This document shows, in pieces, positions 22,655 to 34,250 of a stretch of 34,250 nucleotides of DNA (position 1 is the first letter of the stretch; the number at the start of each line of letters is the position of its first letter). A program made the position numbers and the translations under genes. The notes below the pieces were generated by a model. It searched no databases, was not told where the DNA came from, and saw only the letters and a program-made list of their open reading frames with translations. Source of the DNA: Octopus bimaculoides (taxonomy: Eukaryota); assembly GCF_001194135.2 (NCBI RefSeq), contig NC_068997.1, positions 39,511,893 to 39,546,142 of the forward strand. The letters run 5' to 3'.

Positions 22655-25600
22655 CTATACAAAATACACAAGCGTTGAAGGTAACTCCAAACTTTTGACA
22701 GTAGTTGGCATTTGCAGACTGGATGGATGTTAATAAAATTAATCACATCTTTCTTTCTTCAGTTAATGTTCACAGATTTATACTTTTTATAAATATTTAT
22801 AATTATACTACATTATACTCTACTATCACGCTTTCTCGCCCTCCCTCCTCTCTCTCCCCCTCTTTCATTTATACATATATATTTATGTGTATATATATGT
22901 ATTACGTGCATACACACACAGGCATATCTATAAAACTTATTTCATTGTGATTACCAATCAAAGTTTAGTGTATTTTTAAAGCAATATTGTTCCAATATAT
23001 ATATACATATATCCTATATACATGTATACATACATGCTCACATATATATACACACAGATATGTATGTATACGTGTATATATATCTCTGTGTGTGTGGATG
23101 CATATTTGTATGTGTGTGTGTATATGTGTCTATGCAGTATTAAGCATTATTAAGTATTAAGCATTATTCTTCTGTAATCATCAATTTAAAATATAAGAAG
23201 AAATGCGAAAAGAACCAAGTGTCTTTCATTTGGGCCTGCGTTCCCTTCTCTCTCAAATTCACTCAAACATATCGCTATACACATATATGCAGGCATGTAC
23301 TTACAAATAAGTTCTCTAGTTTGTATGATCATAAGCGTAAAGCTATCTGAATAGAAACATATAGATCAACCATTATAAAGTATGTTTAATCTTTAATAAA
23401 AAAAAATGCTAGCCTAATTTTCTTTTCCTTATTAAAAGATGTTTTAATGACATTTACTAGAACAAAATCTGTAACATAATTTTAAAACCTACATATGATG
23501 TATTTTTTGAGACCAACATCGATTTTTTTAAATAGATGTTTATTTCTTTGAATATAATGTTCTTAACTTTTTTATTTCGCTATTCCGACTTACATTAAAA
23601 ATTAGTTTCGTAATTTTTTTTCTATATTTCACAAATATCTTTCATATTTTATGATTGCTTCAGTAATAATTATTGAAATTTAAAAAAAGTTGAACTAAAA
23701 ACATTGAATGTTTCTTTTTTTGCTGTACATCACGTTGAAATTTAATATAGAATAAAATAAAAGCTTCTTCTGTATTGATCTCTTTGTTGTATCAGGAATA
23801 AATGGGCCAAGAAGAAAATCTCATAGTCAGACTTAAAAAAGCAAGTTGCAATATGGAGTAGTTCTCTTGTACTGTTAAAATTGTTAGTTCAGTGTGGAAT
23901 AAAAAAAGGAAAAAAAAAAAACAATTTTTATGTATTCCTATATTTTTCTTTATTTAGATGTTTATTTTACTTACATACTTCTATTTTATCTTTTTAATTA
24001 ACTATGTATTTTTATTCCTGGCGTTAACTTACGCTTGTGATCATACATATTTTGTACTGAAGCCGCAACTCTTTGGTATCGCCGTAAGGAAACGGATATC
24101 TCTCAACGTCTGAGCGACGACTAAGACAGGCTAGAGTTATACTCATACCTTCAACCGAGTCAACGACGAATTCTTTTGGCGATTGTTTGATCAGCTAAGA
24201 ATAAAAGCCAATCATGCTTCTCACTAGAAAAAGAAACAACAAACTGTTTAGGACCTTTCTTTCCTGCTCGAACTATTAGGGAAATATTTTGTTGACAAAT
24301 GATAAAAGGATTAGTGGGTATAAGTGTTTGTTAGGTTCACATTTGTGTTTAGTGTTTTCCTTTACGTCTGTCTAAGAATCAGTTAAGTCATATTTCTTGT
24401 CTGATGTTCAGTGATTGTCTCTATTCTATGCAGACTTTTTTTCAGCTGGTCACGTATCATTATATATAATACTGAATTAGCGTCAGTTATTTGAATCAAT
24501 GAGTGAAATCAAAAATATTGACCAGGCTTAGTTGGAAGAAGCTAATAGAACTTATATAAAACATATATATATGTGTGTGTGTGTGAGTGTGTATGTATAC
24601 ACACATACACATACACATATGGTAAAGAGAGAGAGAGAAAGAGAGATAGAACTATTATTCACCATAACTGAAAGCAAGAAAGAGAATATTTAAAACATTT
24701 TTAAAGTTGTTACGAAAAACAAGATGGTTTTTCTGTTTTCTTGTGGGCCGAATACATACCCTTTTGATTTGCTTTAAAAAAGGTCAGTGAGCTTTATTAA
24801 AAGTATGAACAGCTTCACAGAGAGAGACCGTTACTTTGAAATATACTGTATCATATCACCCAATGCTTGTATTTAATTTCAGAATTGTAACCTACGTTGA
24901 AGTCAGGTTGTCTACGACCTTGATAATGATATCGGAATCTTTAGCGAAAGGTATCTCGAAAGGAGTCTAGTATCTACGACTAGAGAACACAGTCGAATAC
25001 TTTCCTCGAATGCCAGGCTGTGAGCTTTTCCTATGTCTTCACATCTCAGACATCACAGTTTTGTGGTTAAAACTTTTTCAGGACACCCACCAAATACTTT
25101 CTTGTTTAGCTGTGCTCCTCATATTATTATCACAAGGATCTTGGAGAAACAAGTAAGACAGGACGTATACATTGTATACGGAAGATTTTGGCACGTGATT
25201 GACCAGTAAGTTTTTGCAATGTGAATGATATTCATTTTAGTATCAGTTTTGTTTCTTCCGGCGCTAACCAGTATGGTATGTTTATATTTCATTGAATGGT
25301 TAACTGGTAAAAGTCAATAACACATCTCCAATAAAATTTTGATTTCTTTTTACTTGTAGTAACAATCAAATGCTTTTCTGATACTCAAGTTTTTAGATCA
25401 CAATGTCAAGATCTTGCCCTTGATGTTGTCTGCCTTTGGCTTAATAATAGAGACAACATTTGTTCCGGATTTCTCCGTGCTCTCTGTTTAAATACCTTGC
25501 CAGACTCCAGATTTTCCTCTAGAATGAAGAATGATGCAAAGCTGGTTTCAATTAATTTCAGTGAAACTTTTTGTTAATTATTTTCCTCTCAGCTACACTC

Positions 25601-25876
25601 TTCTGAAGCTGGAGTTTACTTTGACATCTTCCAATTCGTTTTAGAATTGACTAATCTGCATCCACGTGTTTTCTTTTTACTGTCTTTACGCAGTCTTCTA
25701 TTTCATTTTCAGCCTTTGTTAATGGGGGGGGGGGCAGATTTATTCGACGGTGTGCATGTTATAAGCAACACGACATGACTGATAGCTTCCATAGAAAGAC
25801 GATTCGCTTTGTTCTCAGTTTTAAAATACATGATAATCCACGTCTTCATTGTTTTGCCTTTGTTTAATTCTTCTCT

Positions 25877-26266
25877 CTGGAGGCACAATGGCCCAGTGGT
25901 TAGGGCCGCGGACTCGCGGTCATAGGATCGTGGTTTCTATTCCCAGACCGGGCGTAGTGAGTGTTTATTGAGCGAAAACACCTAAAGCTCCACGAGGCTC
26001 CGGCAGGGGATGGTGGCGAACCCTGCTGTACTCTTTCACCACAACTTTCTCTCACTCTTACTTCCTGTTTCTGTTGTGCCTGTAATTCAAAGGGTCAGCC
26101 TTGTCACACTGTGTCACGCTGAATATCCCTGAGAACTACGTTAAGGGTACACGTGTCTGTTGGAGTGCTCAGCCACTTGCACGTTAATTTCACGAGCAGG
26201 TTGTTCCGTTGATCGGATCAACCGGAACCCTCGACGTCGTAAGCGACGGAGTGCCAACAACAACAA
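25877..26266 (+). mobile_element. full-length tRNA-derived SINE with (AAC)n tail and 11-bp TSD
   Basis: A-box TGGCCCAGTGG 25889-99, B-box-like GGTTTCTATTCC 25932-43, GC-rich body, tail GGAGTGCCAACAACAACAA. Direct repeat AATTCTTCTCT at 25866-76 and 26265-75. Confidence 0.9.
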
Positions 26267-26280
26267 TTCTTCTCTAATTC

Positions 26281-26409
26281 AATCACCAGCCTTCGGTCAG
26301 CCTGGGGCTATAGTACAAGACACTTGTCCAAGGTGCCACGCAATGGAACTGAACATGCAACCATGTGGTTGAGAAGCAAGCTTCTTAACAAACAGCCTCA
26401 CCTGCGCCT
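26281..26409 (-). mobile_element. 5' half of a CORE-type SINE, diverged
   Basis: Minus strand AGGCGCAGGTGAGGCTGTTTGTTAAGAAGCTTGCT...CACCTTGGACAAGTGTCTTGTACTATAGCCCC. Confidence 0.82.
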
Positions 26410-26449
26410 CCACACATCCACGCCTGGGCCACATATCTATCTAAGTATG

Positions 26450-26674
26450 TGTTTGTGACTGTGAGTGTGAGTGCGTTTGTCCCCTGCTTGATAACTGCTA
26501 TTGATTTGTTTACGTCATAGTAACTTAGTGGTTAGGTAAAAGCGACCAACTGAGTAAAAGTACCAGACTGAAAAAAACAAAAAGCAAATCAAAAGCTAAC
26601 CTGTGGGGTTTATTGGTTTGACTTAACCCCATCATAGCTGCCGTCCAGTGATTGAAACAAGTAAAAAATAAAAG
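26450..26674 (+). mobile_element. 3' half of a CORE-type SINE, diverged
   Basis: GTTTGTCCCC...TTTACGTCATAGTAACTTAGTGGTT...CAGTGATTGAAACAAGTAAAAAATAAAAG matches the tail of the 7418-7864 element in the opposite orientation. Confidence 0.7.
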
Positions 26675-28269
26675 TTGTCTTTCGCAAGAGATAGTTTGAA
26701 AAACGAAATAATATTGATAAAAAATTTCATTGGCAATATCTTCCAAAAGCTTGTATTATTATTTACTTTGCAAAATACTTACATTTTTTGCTTTATCGTC
26801 ACTGTTTCTCCCAGATCCACAGATAGCATGCTTGAATACGTGCTGGCATAGTGCGGTTGGCTTGATCACTAGGCCACAGGAGTTTTGCTGAGGCCATACC
26901 AGATGAAGAGCAATGCCTTAGTGATTATATTACTGGAGACAAAATTCTGTCCTTCATGTAAGGTTTCCTGTTAAGATGACCTCTTTTGTGTATAAAAGTG
27001 TACGCTAATTTATACGAAAAATATGTTGTCTATTGACTTTATTACGCATGCTGGCCACCGGTAGAATATTTGTCTAAACTTTCTACATTTAATATTTTCA
27101 TTGTATATATATATATATATATATNNNNNNNNNNNNNNNNNNNNNNNNNNNNNNNNNNNNNNNNNNNNNNNNNNNNNNNNNNNNNNNNNNNNNNNNNNNN
27201 NNNNNNNNNNNNNNNNNNNNNNNNNNNNNNNNNNNNNNNNNNNNNNNNNNNNNNNNNNNNNNNNNNNNNNNNNNNNNNNNNNNNNNNNNNNNNNNNNNNN
27301 NNNNNNNNNNNNNNNNNNNNNNNNNNNNNNNNNNNNNNNNNNNNNNNNNNNNNNNNNNNNNNNNNNNNNNNNNNNNNNNNNNNNNNNNNNNNNNNNNNNN
27401 NNNNNNNNNNNNNNNNNNNNNNNNNNNNNNNNNNNNNNNNNNNNNNNNNNNNNNNNNNNNNNNNNNNNNNNNNNNNNNNNNNNNNNNNNNNNNNNNNNNN
27501 NNNNNNNNNNNNNNNNNNNNNNNNNNNNNNNNNNNNNNNNNNNNNNNNNNNNNNNNNNNNNNNNNNNNNNNNNNNNNNNNNNNNNNNNNNNNNNNNNNNN
27601 NNNNNNNNNNNNNNNNNNNNNNNNNNNNNNNNNNNNNNNNNNNNNNNNNNNNNNNNNNNNNNNNNNNNNNNNNNNNNNNNNNNNNNNNNNNNNNNNNNNN
27701 NNNNNNNNNNNNNNNNNNNNNNNNNNNNNNNNNNNNNNNNNNNNNNNNNNNNNNNNNNNNNNNNNNNNNNNNNNNNNNNNTATATATGGAACAAAAACGC
27801 AAAAGAGGGCATTAAAACGTTCGGACATTTAGACGATACAAAGGCAGACAAGAGAAACAACAATTAGAAGGACAGGCAAAAAAGACGGGTCATTCTTGGC
27901 TTTCTTTCGTCTGTCAAGTCCCAGAAGTCACAACCGTTTCGAGCAGTTACACTTGAGACGGTTTGATCTGGTTGCTCCCAAAAAAGTCTAAGCTAAGAGC
28001 ATTAGACCCTTTTGTAAGAAAGCTTGCGAATATATACGGCAACAAAGACAAAGAAAGAAACAAACAAAACGGAGAACATGGTACACAATTAGGAATTATA
28101 TGTATATATATATACATAAACATGCACGTATGTATAAGTGTATGTATAGATGTATATATAAATACATAGTGTGATAGAGCGATAAATAAATAGCTAAAAT
28201 ATGAGAAAGTACTCTGAGTATATATTTCTAGCTATCTAGCCATCTATCTCACCCCATTGCTAACAATAT

Positions 28270-28288
28270 GCCAATCTGTGTCCGTCCC

Positions 28289-28334
<46 letters not shown>

Positions 28335-28570
28335 ACTTTATTCTGTTCGACATCTCTATTTTACTGTGACTATTTTTTGTCTTCGCTCTCTCGCTCTCTC
28401 CCTCCATCTCTCTCCTCCCTTTCTCTTTTCACCTCTTTATTTCCTCTTTTCACTAGTTCTTTCTTTTATTTGCCTTAGTCTTTTGATCTCTTATTCGTTT
28501 TCTCTCATTCTCTCCTTACTTCCAGCATTCTCTAATTTCCTTACGTCTTATCTCAGTCTCTCTCTCTCTC

Positions 28571-28640
<70 letters not shown>

Positions 28641-29055
28641 TGCCTTCCGCTCTACCTCTTCATTCTATTGCTGTATCTCCTCTTCCTACAATCTCCCCTA
28701 TTACCCTTTTCTCCTCTATTACTCCACCGACTTTTCTTCTTTCTTCATTCACCCATTCTAAATCTCTCATTTCTAAATGCACACTCTCCCTCCTTTCACT
28801 CGCTCCTTCCTATGTTTCTCTCTATCTCCGTTATCACACCCCATCTTTCTTCTTATCTTCATTTTCGCATCTTTCTAACGTATCCTTTTCCTTTTTTAAT
28901 CTATATTTCTACCTCCCTTTTTTCATTTTCTCACATTGTCTGTGGTTTTGTCTCCCTTCCTCTCACTAATACTTTTCTTCTCCCTCAATATATTCTTATT
29001 CTCCCTTTCATCTCTTTCAAACTCACATGTCTTTTACTCTTTCTGCATTTATTTC
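28270..29055. repeat. polypyrimidine low-complexity tract with (TCTA)n and (CT)n
   Basis: About 780 bp strongly C/T-biased on +, with near-perfect (CT)n at about 28555-28637. Confidence 0.9.
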
Positions 29056-29217
29056 TAAAAATATACCAACACACTACATCACGCGGATACATATTCAATT
29101 CCCTACATAAGTACATACATATATACAAATGTACATGTATATATACCTATCTACTCACGCACACATATGTATAATATACACATTTATGTATACGTTTGTG
29201 TGTGTACATATATATAT

Positions 29218-29276
<59 letters not shown>

Positions 29277-30775
29277 GCAAAACAACGCTCATGGTCCCCG
29301 TGTACGCACATATATAGACAATTTTTGTAGGTATTCGTTTGTATTTGTGTGTGAGTGTGTATGCGTGTGCGTGTGTGTATACTTGGATGTTTGTATGTGC
29401 CTGTTTACGTATATTCTTTGATCATATTGATATAAAAGTTAAAAAAACACATATGAAGTACATAAAAATTAGGAGAATTATTGTTTCCCTGAGGGTTATA
29501 TTTCGACTAACGATGCCAAGATTCTCTGGTATACAATGTACGATGTATAGACAGACCCTTAGGCGGCATTGTTTGTTGTGCGTTGAAAAACCGCCTCTAA
29601 CATATAGGCCGCTGTGTAAATAATGAAACTTTGAAGAAAGATATCATTGGGGGGCAACACAAAGGAGTGTTAAAAAAACACCCTCTTAACAACCGTTTCT
29701 TACTGAACGAACAGTTGATTTCATAAAGATTATGACTCATTTCATACGTCCCGAAATTTGGAAGAGAATACGCCATGGAAAGGGGAAAAAGACAACAATA
29801 AAAGTACAAAATTTTATTTTTAACTGGTTTGAGAGTGTATTTATTTCTATTTCCACCTATCTTTTTCTCGGAATCCAAATATTATAATATATATCACTAC
29901 AGTTAAATATATAAAGTATTTCTATTGAATATATTTCAAGCGCCAGACTGTTAGATATGCAAAAAAAAAAATAAAGAAACAGAAAAAGAAAAAAAAAAAG
30001 GAATAAAAAAATAAAATATCCAAATTTCCTGAAAGCTGCAGAAATGTTCCATGATGTATATAAAAATAAGTGCAAAAAATACTGCCGTAGGGTATGCACA
30101 AATTTAATAAGTTTGTGTAATAAAATATATGAAGCTCTTGTACACATCAGAAAGTATGTTGAATATAAACTAAAAACATATACAAATTAAAAACATTAAG
30201 CGGTCATATTTAAACATCACATGAATAGAGATAAAATAATAAAAATTTACCTAAAAATATCACATTAAGAATTATTTCGTTTTATTTGACTTTATCTTTT
30301 CTGTTTTGTTTTCCTTTGTATTGTAGATGTTTTACAATGGAAACACACAAACAACTGTCAATGCTGTTTTGTTTGTTTGGTTTTTAAGTTCATAGAAAAG
30401 AACTTCTGTCAATAAACATTGTTAGTGTGAATTTAAAATTAAATGAGAAATGCAATGAAGTACTTGTTGGCTAATATTTGAAATAGTTTTGAAATTTGAA
30501 AAACCCAACATTTTCAGCGATGAAAAGTCTGATCAAACTGCTATCAGTTCGTTTCATAAACACAATGTAATGTATACCTCATAAATGTTTGGTTTATTTC
30601 ATAATGTAGGTATTTCTAGGTTTTAACACTCAAATTCATATGCTGCATTTATCTTCTATCAACCTGATGTAAAGAATTGTCATGCGAAAGTATGTCACGA
30701 AGAGAAATGGATAGAACAAGAGAACAAGCGAACGATGAATGAATGAGAATTGCGTTTATAAGTATGGGCGTCTGA

Positions 30776-30976
30776 AGGCGGTGGACTGGCGGACAGAGGC
30801 GTTGGCATGCACTGCAAAATGCTTTGTGGTATTTTGTCAGTCTTTACGGTTGGAGTTCAAATCACACTCGGGTCGACTTTGCCTTTCATCCTTTCGATGC
30901 CGTTAAAATAGGGCACTGGGGTTGATGTAATCGACTGACTCCTTCCCCCGAACTGCTGGCTCTGTGCCAAAATTTA
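30776..30976 (+). mobile_element. Meta-like SINE, diverged
   Basis: GAGTTCAAATC...GGGTCGACTTTGCCTTTCATCCTTTCG...GATGTAATCGACT...TGTGCCAAAATTT. Confidence 0.82.
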
Positions 30977-31127
30977 ACCCCAATGATTTGTACGTAGTAA
31001 GAAAGGCCAATTGTTATAGGTGGAAGGCTACATACATGAGTTGCGTATAATCCTAATTTTATTTTGCCATAAACTTCAACTAGATGTCCTTGCAAAATAT
31101 CAGTTGAACAGCCCTGAAGTAAGTACA

Positions 31128-31226
31128 TATTGGTTTCAAATTGTGGCACAAGGCCAGCAATTTCGAGGAGAAGGTAAGTCGATTCCGTCCACCTCAATAC
31201 TCAACTGGTTTTTATTATGTACCTCG
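31128..31226 (-). mobile_element. 3' fragment of a Meta-like SINE
   Basis: TTGGTTTCAAATTGTGGCACAAGGCCAGCAATTTCGAGG...AAGTCGATT is the reverse complement of the family tail. Confidence 0.7.
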
Positions 31227-32224
31227 ACGAAGTACATATTAATAAATGTATTGTGCTGTAAAGTTTAGGCAATTATAGATCCAGTATTTGTTTGATGTTT
31301 GTTTTATCGGCTCTGGTGAAATGTGAAGTCAAAACGCAATTCATTCACCGGCCTCAGACAAAGGCAATAGCTAATGAAGAAGACTCTAAGTAGTCATTTC
31401 ATTATTAGAAATAGCAAACACTTTTCCGCATTGGTTAGTGCAGACCTAACATATAATCTGGATGGTCTGAAACGTCTTTGATCATACTCCTGCTTCATCA
31501 AGGCTGACTAACAACCAAACAACAATAAAACAACAACGTAATTATTCCGCTTTCAGAGTACCATAACGAACTTCCGATACATCTCCACGTAACAGGTTTG
31601 TATCTGAGGACACAAGCTTTGAAAACTTGTCACCAGTTTCTTATTATCACCTTGTTCTATCGGTGTCTCATGTTTGAGGCTGTTCGCCTGCTATCGGGAT
31701 TAGCGGAAAGAACCAAAGGGATATGAATCAGGTTCTTTTTAACAATGGTAACCTATGCATGAATTCTATATTCTATAAAAATCTAACTAACATAAGGTGT
31801 TGTGTGTGTATATTTACATTAATGGCATTGTCGATATTTAAAAACTAAATGTGTTGGCTAGCAGGAATCCCCTCCCCACAAAATTAATATTCGGAATCTT
31901 GGCATACTGAGGGAGAGAGGTTTCGTATGGAGGCCATACATTGACTACTATTATTGCTAGCCAGCATTCAGTATTGCAAATAATTAGCAGTGTTTAAACT
32001 TTGTTTTTCACTGTGCCTTTTAATTTGTTTATAACTTATTAATTAACCTTCAGCGACATCAGAATTGAAAAGCTCCTTATTATTCTAAAGAAAACTATTG
32101 TCATCAGTTCGTATCTTGTTGCTGCTACATAATATTACCATGATATGAAATTAGCTAACTATTAAATACATACTTGTCCTGAAACTAAGAAATTTACTAA
32201 GGAACCCTGAGATCTCGTGGTTCA

Positions 32225-32532
32225 CTCTTGGTGTCTTACATCTTAAGCATGCCTCGTTTACTATTAGTTTGGATCTAGCCGAGTATCTTGTGTGAAATTA
32301 GGTAAACGGAAACCGTTTACCTAATTTACCTGTAATTTAGAAATCCAGTATTGTTATATATTGCATCATGCTGNNNNNNNNNNCTCTTGGTGTCTTACAT
32401 CTTAAGCATGCCTCGTTTACTATTAGTTTGGATCTAGCCGAGTATCTTGTGTGAAATTAGGTAAACGGAAACCGTTTACCTAATTTACCTGTAATTTAGA
32501 AATCCAGTATTGTTATATATTGCATCATGCTG
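32225..32532. repeat. exact 149-bp direct duplication across a 10-N gap (likely assembly overlap)
   Basis: 32225-32373 is identical to 32384-32532, separated only by NNNNNNNNNN. Confidence 0.92.
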
Positions 32533-34019
32533 ATGTTTCTACTGGTTGAAAATTGTGTGACGAGCAAAGTATCTGTATAATACTTCACTATCCAGACATT
32601 AATTTAACGAGTACGCAGTTTAGCTGACCGCATAGCGGAAAATTTGCCATCAAATAGCAACTATCAAAGCTTATGAGCCATTGAGAGTTGTAGATAGCTG
32701 TGTAAATGTAAACTTGATAGGTGCATTTTCAGCATGCAGTGTTGCACTGAACTCTCCACCCCCAGATGTAATGAACGAAGGATGAATTTTGATATAACTT
32801 TCATTAAAGACGAAACTCGAAGTCTTTAGGTGTTCTCACTCAACATTTAAATTGTCATAAAACTAAAATGATTATTCTGTAAGAATATTATTGGCTTCAT
32901 AAAAAGAAAACCCTAACGTTCTTAATATCTTATTATTTTTTGAACTGGGGGAAAGGGTTATGCATCTGGCGTTGAAAGACTAGTGAAGCAGATGCAGCTA
33001 ATGTTCTTGTTGGACTGTTACAAGTTGACAACAGCAGGGAAAACAGTGCCGGAAAGGGTATCGAGAAGACCGAAGATTTAAGAAGGAAAAGTTTGGTTGT
33101 TAGCGTGTGACCTGAGGTCGAGAGGCAGACACAAGAGGTTTAACAAAAAGGAGACCATTGATTTTCGATCACAAAATATGGTGTAGATATTAGCTCAGTT
33201 GATTTGTTGAAGAATAATTCGTTTCAACATTTAAATTCTTCTGGTGTTACTGTTCGCTTGAATTTCTTGAATATCAATAACCAATAATATATTGTGTTGG
33301 TTCAGTCAATTCTGAAGCTTATAACAGATCACATGTCTTACCAAATTTCCATGAACATCCTCGTGATTATCACCATTATTATCATGTTCAGTATCCTGAT
33401 AATTTTGATGGGGGTGGTGATTATCATCACCAACTTCATTATACAAAAGCGTTTTGCCCTTATACCGACTTGATTCACTATGAATTGAATGTGATCGCAG
33501 TTCCTGTCAGAAGAAGCAACCAGACTTCTCCCGACATACACACTACTGTCTTAAATAAAGGATATTTTAGAGAACGTAGTATCTGATATGAAAAACAACA
33601 CACAGGAAGAGCATGGCTGAAACCTCTTCGAAGATAAATCTTTTGGAAAAGAGCGCATATTAAGATAAACAAGATCTTCAAATAAAATTTTGCCTCTCCC
33701 ACATATCACTATCAGTCATCAATAATATTCAGTCACCCACTTTATTCTTGCTCTATGCCACTACATATCAGACCATATCCTCCATCTCATTCTCCTAATA
33801 TTTTCGATTCTGCTGGTTGCGAAGTAATGGTTTGGACGTGGACGTAAAAATCAAATAAGATGTGATTGTTTATTGTCAAATTCTTCCTCGAGTTTGCTAC
33901 CATACTCCCCCAAGCCCCAAATACCAGAAAAACCTATTCTTACCAGATACATTCCTTTCCCCGTTAAAATGCAGATATCTTTGACTTTTGATTTGACTTC
34001 TTTTACTATGCAAGTACAC

Positions 34020-34234
34020 AGACACACAGACACAGACACACACGCACACACACACACACACACATGTGTATACGACGGGCTTCTTTTAGTTTCCCTCTAC
34101 CAAATCCGCTTACAAGGATTTGGTCCGCCCGAGGTTATAGTAGAAGGCACTTGCCAAGGTACCGCGCATTTGGACTGAACACGGAACCATGTGGTTGGGA
34201 AGCAAACTTCTCACCACACAGCCACGTCTGCGCC
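34020..34234 (-). mobile_element. CORE-type SINE, 5' and central portion
   Basis: Minus strand GGGCGCAGACGTGGCTGTGTGGTGAGAAGTTTGCT...GTACCTTGGCAAGTGCCTTCTACTATAACCTCGGGC...GAAGCCCGTCGTATAC followed by (TG)n. Confidence 0.87.
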
Positions 34235-34250
34235 CTATATATATATATAT

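Noticed and set aside
25081-25151. Possible plus-strand exon encoding a signal-peptide-like DTHQILSCLAVLLILLSQGSWRN between TTTTTCAG and GTAAGA
   Set aside because: It is short, with several competing splice sites and frames, no homology recognised and no linked exons.
2379-27867. Long ORFs in the track made of X, CV/HT/YI repeats (e.g. 2379-3422, 10990-11993, 19104-20540, 27010-27867)
   Set aside because: They are translations of N-gaps and dinucleotide microsatellites, not genes.
28257-29174. Hydrophobic L/S/F-rich ORFs resembling membrane proteins
   Set aside because: This is the automatic result of translating a C/T-rich low-complexity tract.
32225-32532. 149-bp perfect tandem duplication as a biological repeat or LTR pair
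   Set aside because: 100% identity with only a 10-N spacer is the typical signature of unmerged contig overlap.
32805-32828. GAAAC-TCGAA-GTC resembling an HHR stem III and GUC site
   Set aside because: There is no CUGANGA upstream and no stem I. It is explained by a simple TAAAGAC/GTCTTTA 7-bp hairpin.
1-34250. CRISPR array, rRNA or prokaryotic operon features
   Set aside because: No regularly spaced repeat-spacer array, rRNA-like sequence or gene-dense coding is present. The sequence is eukaryotic repeat-rich DNA.

Overview
AT-rich, microsatellite-dense animal intergenic or intronic DNA from a gapped draft assembly (8 N-runs). The tRNA-derived SINE families suggest a cephalopod, probably octopus (inference). 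No host protein-coding gene, rRNA, true tRNA or CRISPR array can be supported, and almost all ORFs in the track are microsatellite or N-gap artefacts. Recognisable content is mobile-element debris: a near full-length dead FLYWCH-MULE transposase (854-2215), an RTE-type RT scrap, a rearranged Penelope-like element (PLE; GIY-YIG, thumb and RT motif, with inverted termini, about 9.64-11.03 kb), a mariner deletion derivative, a possible hAT/Charlie MITE, and about 13 SINE copies or fragments with CORE-, V- and Meta-like domains. The most interesting signal is a cluster of hammerhead ribozyme (HHR) motifs between 9.0 and 13.8 kb. One is a structurally complete type I HHR with a GUC site (13566-13658, +) inside a 344-bp unit bounded by 40-bp inverted repeats. 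The other is a minimal PLE-type HHR downstream of a tRNA-derived Pol III head (9061-9434, -), a candidate Penelope-dependent, self-cleaving SINE.
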